12,448 bases of DNA from an uncultured Aquificales bacterium (lineage in GTDB: Bacteria > Thermosulfidibacterota > Thermosulfidibacteria > Thermosulfidibacterales > Thermosulfidibacteraceae), in contig CAYVOC010000041.1 in assembly GCA_964453345.1 (NCBI GenBank), positions 1 to 12,448 on the forward strand, given 5' to 3'. Both the position numbers and the translations under genes were made by a program. This document shows positions 7,193 to 12,448 of this stretch, one piece after another. Below the pieces are notes generated by a model. The model worked only from the letters and a program-made list of their open reading frames with translations. It was not told the origin of the DNA and ran no database searches. Position 1 is the first letter of the stretch, and every line of letters begins with the position of its first letter.

Positions 7193-9507
7193 GGAATCGG
7201 GGTGTCGCCGTCCTCCTGCTTCTTCCTCAGCTCCTCCTCAATATACTGGGCCTCAACCACTCCTATGGCCGCCAAGTGGGCGATTTCAGTTGGGGAGGAT
7301 CCCCTCTGCAGCACCTGAGCAGATTTGCTCAAGCCCTGAAGGATGGGGCCAACCACTATGGCACAGCCCATTTTATTGCATATCTTGTAAGCAATGTTTC
7401 CAGCGTTCAGATCGGGGAAGATCAAAACATTTGCAGGCTCATCAAGGCTGCTGAAGGGATAGGTGTTGTGCAGTATATCCGCATCCAAGGCGGTGTCCGC
7501 CTGCATCTCTCCATCTATAACGATGTCGGGTCTTCTCTCCTTCACTATCCTGACCGCCTCTGCAACCTTCTGGGCCTCCGGATGGTTCACGCTCCCGAAG
7601 TTGGAGAAGGAGAGCATGGCGACCCTCGGCTCAACACCGAAGCGCCTGGCCGTATCAGCCGTTGCAATGGCGATCTCCGCCAGATCTTCAGCAGAGGGAT
7701 TGATGTTCACAGTTGTATCAGCGAAGAAGTAAACCTTCTCCTTAACTATCACCATGTAAACACCGGAGACTATCCTCATGCCCTCAGCAGGCTTGATGAT
7801 CCTGAGAATGGGAGCAAGGGCATCGGAGTAGTGCCTGTTCTCACCCGTGATGATCACATCTGCATCGCCCTTGTAAAGCATAAGCGCCGCCAGGGTTTCG
7901 GGGTCATGGGTCACGAGCCTCAGAGCCTCGTTGTAGGTAACGCCCTTTCTGTTTCTTAACTTATACAGAAGCTCGGCATACTCCTGGGCCTTGTCAAAGT
8001 TGAGGGGATCGAGGATCTCAACATCCTTAAGCTCCAGCCCCACCTCAGCCATGGTCTTCTTCACAGCCTCAGGATTGCCGATGAGCACGATCTTCTTGGC
8101 AAAGCCCTCGTCCTTAACGATCTGGCAGGCCCTGATGATCTCCTTATCGTCGCCCTCACAGAAGACGATCCTCTTGGGAGACTTCTTGGCCCTGTCAATT
8201 ATGCGCCTCATAACCTCACCGGCCTTGCCCTTGAGGCGCTTCTCAAGCTGGATCCTGTATTCCTCAAAGTCCTCTATGGGCTTTCTGGCAACGCCGCTCT
8301 CCATGGCCGCCTTGGCGACTGCAGGGGCAACCCACAGGGGAACCCTGGGATCCACGGGCTTGGGAATGATGTAATCCCTGCCAAACTCAAGGTGATCGAG
8401 ATCGTAAGCCCTCAGAACCGATTCAGGCACCTCCTCCCTCGCAAGGGCAGCCAGGGCCTTGGCCGCAGCCAGCTTCATCTCCTCATTTATGGCGCGGGCC
8501 CTCACATCCAAGGCGCCCCTGAAAATGTGGGGGAATCCAAGCAGATTGTTAACCTGGTTGGGATAGTCGGAACGGCCGGTCGCCATTATGGCGTCGTCCC
8601 TTACTGCAAAGACCTCCTCAGGTGTGATCTCGGGATCGGGGTTGGCGCAGGCGAAGATTATGGGATTTTTGGCCATCTTCTTGATCATCTCCTGGGTGAA
8701 GGCCCCCTTAACGGAAAGTCCCAGAAGAACGTCCGCACCCTCAACCGCCTCCTCAAGGGTCCTGACGGGAAGATCGGTGGCGAACTGCTCCTTATAGGGG
8801 TTCATTCCCGCCTGACGCCCCTTGTATATGACGCCTCTGCTATCGCACATAATAATGTTTTCCTTTTTAACGCCTATAAGCATAAACATCTTGGCACAGG
8901 CGATACCAGCAGCCCCGGCGCCGTTTATCACCACCTTAACGTCCTCAGGCTTCTTGCCAGCCAGCTCCAAAGCGTTTATAAGCGCAGCAGTTGTGATAAT
9001 GGCCGTTCCGTGCTGATCGTCATGGAAAACGGGAATGTTCATAATCTCACGGAGCTTCTCCTCAATGTAGAAGCACTCAGGAGCCTTGATATCCTCAAGG
9101 TTTATTCCACCGAAGGTGGGTTCCAGATTCTTCACCACCGTGATGAACTCATCGGGGTCCTGGGTCTCCACCTCTATGTCTATGGCGTCAATGTCCGCAA
9201 ACTTCTTGAAAAGCACACACTTTCCTTCCATAACGGGCTTTCCGGCAAGGGCGCCTATATTCCCAAGCCCCAACACAGCCGTTCCGTTGGATATAACGGC
9301 CACAAAATTGCCCTTTATGGTGTAAAGATAGGCCTTCTCCGGATCCTTATGAATCTCCTCACAGGGCCAGGCAACTCCGGGGGTGTATGCTATCGAAAGA
9401 TCCCTTTGAGTAACGCAGGGCTTGCTGACAATTATCTCAAGCTTTCCGGGACGACCGGACATATGATATTCAAAAACCTCCTCCTTACGCACGGTTACTT
9501 TGTGCAT
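7189..9507 (-). CDS. maeB: NADP-dependent malic enzyme fused to phosphotransacetylase-like domain
   Basis: 772 aa. Malic enzyme motifs 'AYTPGVA', 'GKPVMEGK', '[11 protein letters not shown]', '[11 protein letters not shown]', 'NGAGAAG', '[13 protein letters not shown]'; C-terminal PTA-like motifs 'FFADTTVN', '[10 protein letters not shown]', 'DGEMQAD', '[14 protein letters not shown]', 'GPILQG'. RBS GGGGAGGG upstream. Confidence 0.97.
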   Translation of the reverse strand: MHKVTVRKEEVFEYHMSGRPGKLEIIVSKPCVTQRDLSIAYTPGVAWPCEEIHKDPEKAYLYTIKGNFVAVISNGTAVLGLGNIGALAGKPVMEGKCVLFKKFADIDAIDIEVETQDPDEFITVVKNLEPTFGGINLEDIKAPECFYIEEKLREIMNIPVFHDDQHGTAIITTAALINALELAGKKPEDVKVVINGAGAAGIACAKMFMLIGVKKENIIMCDSRGVIYKGRQAGMNPYKEQFATDLPVRTLEEAVEGADVLLGLSVKGAFTQEMIKKMAKNPIIFACANPDPEITPEEVFAVRDDAIMATGRSDYPNQVNNLLGFPHIFRGALDVRARAINEEMKLAAAKALAALAREEVPESVLRAYDLDHLEFGRDYIIPKPVDPRVPLWVAPAVAKAAMESGVARKPIEDFEEYRIQLEKRLKGKAGEVMRRIIDRAKKSPKRIVFCEGDDKEIIRACQIVKDEGFAKKIVLIGNPEAVKKTMAEVGLELKDVEILDPLNFDKAQEYAELLYKLRNRKGVTYNEALRLVTHDPETLAALMLYKGDADVIITGENRHYSDALAPILRIIKPAEGMRIVSGVYMVIVKEKVYFFADTTVNINPSAEDLAEIAIATADTARRFGVEPRVAMLSFSNFGSVNHPEAQKVAEAVRIVKERRPDIVIDGEMQADTALDADILHNTYPFSSLDEPANVLIFPDLNAGNIAYKICNKMGCAIVVGPILQGLSKSAQVLQRGSSPTEIAHLAAIGVVEAQYIEEELRKKQEDGDTPIP

Positions 9508-9530
9508 CCTTTGCCCTCCCCTTTCAGTTT

Positions 9531-9567
9531 TTTTAAATCTTATAAATCAAACCGGAAGATAGCGCAA
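9531..9567 (-). promoter_or_regulatory. Candidate promoter for maeB within the 59-nt divergent maeB/folC gap
   Basis: Minus strand TTGCGC (9567-9562), 17 nt, TATAAG (9544-9539) in a locally AT-rich patch. Confidence 0.35.
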
Positions 9568-10805
9568 TGAAGAACATGCAACTGAACCAGATTGACACAA
9601 ATATAAAACTTGGTTTAGAAAGAGTCCTCAAAGGTCTAAGCCTGCTCAAGATAGACCCGGATGGGTTTGAAAGCATACTCATAGCCGGGACGAACGGCAA
9701 AGGAACCACCGCAAAATACATATCAAAGATCCTCAAAAAACACGGAAAAAAAACTGCGGTTTACACATCCCCCCATCTGGAAAGTCCAACCGAGAGGATA
9801 GAGCTGAATTCAGGGCCGGTTGACGAAAAAAGGCTTGAAGAAACCCTTAAGGTGGTGGAGAAACTCGATCGCAGATACAGGATTGACCTAACCCCATTTG
9901 AAATATTTACCCTGGCGGCCTTCCAGATATTCAAGGAAGAGGAACCCGAAATCCTCGTATGCGAAGTGGGAATGGGGGGAAGACTTGACGCCACCAACAT
10001 CCTTAAAAACAGATACTCCGTAATCACCACCATCTCCTTAGACCACACAGAATACTTAGGGAAAAGCGTAGAAAGCATAGCTAAGGAAAAGGCCGGGGTG
10101 ATCAAGGAAGGCTCTATCGTGGTTGCAGGAAAGATGCCACCTGCAGCCATGGCCGCTGTGGAAAAGAGAGCCCACCAAAAGAGGGCCAGACTTCTGGCAT
10201 GGAACAGGGAAATTAAGATCAAAACAGACTCCAAAAACTGGAAAACAGCCCTGGAAGTTACATCTCCGGTAAAGATGAAGGCCCTCATAAACAGCCCCCT
10301 GGACACCCTCGCCCACAATGCATCCCTCGCGATAACCCTCTGTGACAACATAGTGAAGCTAAGGGAGGATCTCACAAAAGAAGCCATAAAGAACCCGCCC
10401 CTTCCCGCAAGAGGAGAGGTTATCGAAGTTTACAATAAAAGGATTGTGGTGGATGTGGCCCACAACCCCCACGGACTGGCGGAGCTGCTGAAAAGCCTCC
10501 AGAAGCACACCCGAAACCTCACAATTCTGCTCGCCCCTTTGAGGGACAAGGAGTGGAAAAAGATGATCAAAATAGCCTCCGCTAAGGGCCACAGGCTTAT
10601 ACTTGTAAAAACGAAAAACCCCAGGGGTCTGAAACCAGAGGACTTCCAGCGGGCAAACTGGATTGATGAATCCGAAATATCGGGTATCTTAAGGGAGACA
10701 GAGGGAGATGTCCTCATTGCGGGATCCTTCTGGATAGCGAAAACTGCAAGGAGACTGCTGAAATGCCAACCTTTTCAAGATGCAAAAGATTTGCAAGGGT
10801 TTTGA
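9567..10805 (+). CDS. folC: Folylpolyglutamate synthase/dihydrofolate synthase
   Basis: 'IKLGLERV', P-loop 'IAGTNGKGTT', 'YTSPHL...ERI', 'EVGMGGRLDATN', 'ISLDHTEYLG...IAKEKAGVIK', 'DVAHNP'. Start is 9567 or 9576; an in-frame TAA at 9543 limits it. Confidence 0.95.
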   Translation: MKNMQLNQIDTNIKLGLERVLKGLSLLKIDPDGFESILIAGTNGKGTTAKYISKILKKHGKKTAVYTSPHLESPTERIELNSGPVDEKRLEETLKVVEKLDRRYRIDLTPFEIFTLAAFQIFKEEEPEILVCEVGMGGRLDATNILKNRYSVITTISLDHTEYLGKSVESIAKEKAGVIKEGSIVVAGKMPPAAMAAVEKRAHQKRARLLAWNREIKIKTDSKNWKTALEVTSPVKMKALINSPLDTLAHNASLAITLCDNIVKLREDLTKEAIKNPPLPARGEVIEVYNKRIVVDVAHNPHGLAELLKSLQKHTRNLTILLAPLRDKEWKKMIKIASAKGHRLILVKTKNPRGLKPEDFQRANWIDESEISGILRETEGDVLIAGSFWIAKTARRLLKCQPFQDAKDLQGF

Positions 10806-11347
10806 GAAAGCGGCAACCGGATCTTGTGGTGGTCCTCGAGAGGATAAAAAACCCCCATAACGCAAGCGCGATACTGAGAAGCTGCGACGCCTTCGGTGTT
10901 CAGGATGTTTACATAATAAAGGAAGGTAAAAGCCTCGGGGTTTCAAAAACCGTAAGTGCGGGAAGCTACCGCTGGCTCACCCTACACTTCTTTGAGGAAA
11001 CAACCGAATGCCTGTCGCACCTGAAAAACAAAGGGTTCAAGATACTGACAACCCATTTGGGAACGGATGCGAAGGATATAAGGGAGGTTGACCTTACCGA
11101 AAAGGTGGCCATTGTGGTGGGATCCGAGCTTGAGGGAGTGAGCGAGGAAGCCCTCTCCCTGTCGGACCAAAACATAGTCATACCCATGGTGGGATTCGTC
11201 CAGAGCTTCAATGTGTCCGTCGCCACAGCCCTGATACTGTATGAGGCCTTCAGACAAAGGGATCAGAAGGGATACTATGAAAAGCCGAGGATGCCAAAGG
11301 TAAAAAGAAGGGAGATCTTCAAAGAATGGGTCAAGAGGGAACTCTAA
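10763..11347 (+). CDS. trmH: tRNA (guanosine(18)-2'-O)-methyltransferase, SpoU/TrmH family
   Basis: '[30 protein letters not shown]', 'VGSELEGVS', '[15 protein letters not shown]...LYEAFRQR'. RBS GAGGAG upstream, inside the end of folC. Confidence 0.92.
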   Translation: MPTFSRCKRFARVLRKRQPDLVVVLERIKNPHNASAILRSCDAFGVQDVYIIKEGKSLGVSKTVSAGSYRWLTLHFFEETTECLSHLKNKGFKILTTHLGTDAKDIREVDLTEKVAIVVGSELEGVSEEALSLSDQNIVIPMVGFVQSFNVSVATALILYEAFRQRDQKGYYEKPRMPKVKRREIFKEWVKREL

Positions 11348-11583
11348 GGGAAGTCATCTACAGGGTCAAAGTGGACAGAAGCAACATAGGTCTCATCAAC
11401 GCCATATTCGAAGGATACGAGCATGTGGCCATTGTCAGGGTGGTGGACAAGAGGGAATCCATCATGGAAATCTACACCTCGTCAGACTTTTCGCCCGTTG
11501 TAGAAAAAATCATACATTCCCTTGTGAAGGAATACGGTATAAAAATAGAAGTAGAATCAGTCGAGCGGAGGGATGTGCCATGA
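11326..11583 (+). CDS. Small conserved hypothetical protein, DUF4911-like
   Basis: 85 aa with '[26 protein letters not shown]', resembling the DUF4911 signature (I.E.YE..A..R..D). Overlaps trmH by 22 nt and the next gene by ATGA. Confidence 0.75.
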   Translation: MGQEGTLREVIYRVKVDRSNIGLINAIFEGYEHVAIVRVVDKRESIMEIYTSSDFSPVVEKIIHSLVKEYGIKIEVESVERRDVP

Positions 11584-12448
11584 GGCTGGAAGAATACAGC
11601 ATGGGCAAAAGGGCAAGGTTATACAGGATCTTTTACGAAAAGGGAGTTGCGGAAGGAAAGGCTCTGATACTTCCCATAGATCAGGGGTTGGAGCATGGTC
11701 CCAGCGACTTCTTTGACAACCCCGAATCCGCAAATCCCGAGTATCAGGTAAAAATAGCCCTTGAGGGCGGGTATTCGGCAATAGTGATGCACATAGGCCT
11801 TGCCAAAAGATTTATGAGGGAACATGTCGGAAAAATCCCCCTCATTCTCAAGATAAACGGCAAGACCAACATACCCCCTGATGACGAGGCGCTATCCCCG
11901 CTTGTGGCAAGGGTAGAGGATGCGGTCAGGCTCGGAGCGGATGCCGTGGGCTACACCCTCTATGTGGGAAGTCCCCGCCAGGACGAGGACTTCAAACAGT
12001 TCATGGAGGTGAGAAAAGAGGCAGAGAAACTGGGAATTCCTGTGATAGTCTGGGCATATCCGAGGGGCAGATACATAGAGATGAAGGGCGGCAAAAACAG
12101 CCTCTACGCCGTTGACTATGCAGCAAGGGTGGCGGTTGAGCTCGGAGCAGACGTAATAAAGCTCAACATACCCGTGCTCGATCCCATAAAAGCGGTTGAA
12201 ATGCCGGAACCCTACAGGAGCTTGGTAAAGGAGATGGACGAATTCTCAGCGATCAAGAAGGTCATAAATTCGGCCTGCGGGGTCCCGGTGATAATAGCCG
12301 GTGGCGAAAAGGAAGGCGAAGAGAAACTGCTGGAGAGGGCAAGGCTCTGTGTGCAGGCGGGAGCCTCGGGCTTTATCTTCGGCAGAAACATCTGGAAGCG
12401 CCCCTTCGAAGAAGCCCTTAAACTTACAGAAAAGCTAAAAGAGATCCT
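11580..12448 (+). CDS. fbaB: Class I fructose-bisphosphate aldolase (DhnA/FbaB family), 3' end just beyond the window
   Basis: Not in the ORF track. Hand translation from ATG 11580 gives [18 protein letters not shown]...[12 protein letters not shown]...LILKINGKT...[20 protein letters not shown]...VWAYPRG...[15 protein letters not shown] (Schiff-base Lys)...IIAGGEK...[11 protein letters not shown], with no stop before 12448. Confidence 0.9.
   Translation, partial: MRLEEYSMGKRARLYRIFYEKGVAEGKALILPIDQGLEHGPSDFFDNPESANPEYQVKIALEGGYSAIVMHIGLAKRFMREHVGKIPLILKINGKTNIPPDDEALSPLVARVEDAVRLGADAVGYTLYVGSPRQDEDFKQFMEVRKEAEKLGIPVIVWAYPRGRYIEMKGGKNSLYAVDYAARVAVELGADVIKLNIPVLDPIKAVEMPEPYRSLVKEMDEFSAIKKVINSACGVPVIIAGGEKEGEEKLLERARLCVQAGASGFIFGRNIWKRPFEEALKLTEKLKEI

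Noticed and set aside
6266-9570. Long plus-strand ORFs (6266-7159, 7105-7959, 8392-9570)
   Set aside because: They are antisense shadows of panB and maeB caused by codon bias; the translations are His/Leu/Gly-rich with no recognisable motifs.
9533-11825. Minus-strand ORFs opposite folC, trmH and fbaB
   Set aside because: They are antisense to clearly conserved genes and show no motifs.

Overview
Bacterial chromosomal housekeeping region with no mobile elements, CRISPR or rRNA/tRNA genes seen. The Lys/Glu/Arg/Val-rich proteins suggest a thermophilic Gram-negative anaerobe (inference). The minus strand (9507 to 1) carries maeB (malic enzyme-PTA fusion) and a 134-nt non-coding leader. After the leader comes an almost gapless gene chain: panB-panC-panD-ribD-mlaE (STAS-fused)-two half-size DUF318-like permeases-mlaF-mlaD-a PqiC-like lipoprotein that runs off the window. 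The plus strand, divergent from maeB, carries folC-trmH-DUF4911-like protein-class I fructose-bisphosphate aldolase (also runs off the window). The most notable element is the panB leader. It holds a pan-motif-like hairpin with two bulged As, a strong intrinsic terminator, and a 16-17 bp alternative helix incompatible with both, which together look like a complete transcription attenuator. Also unusual is the permease gene pair wedged between mlaE and mlaF.
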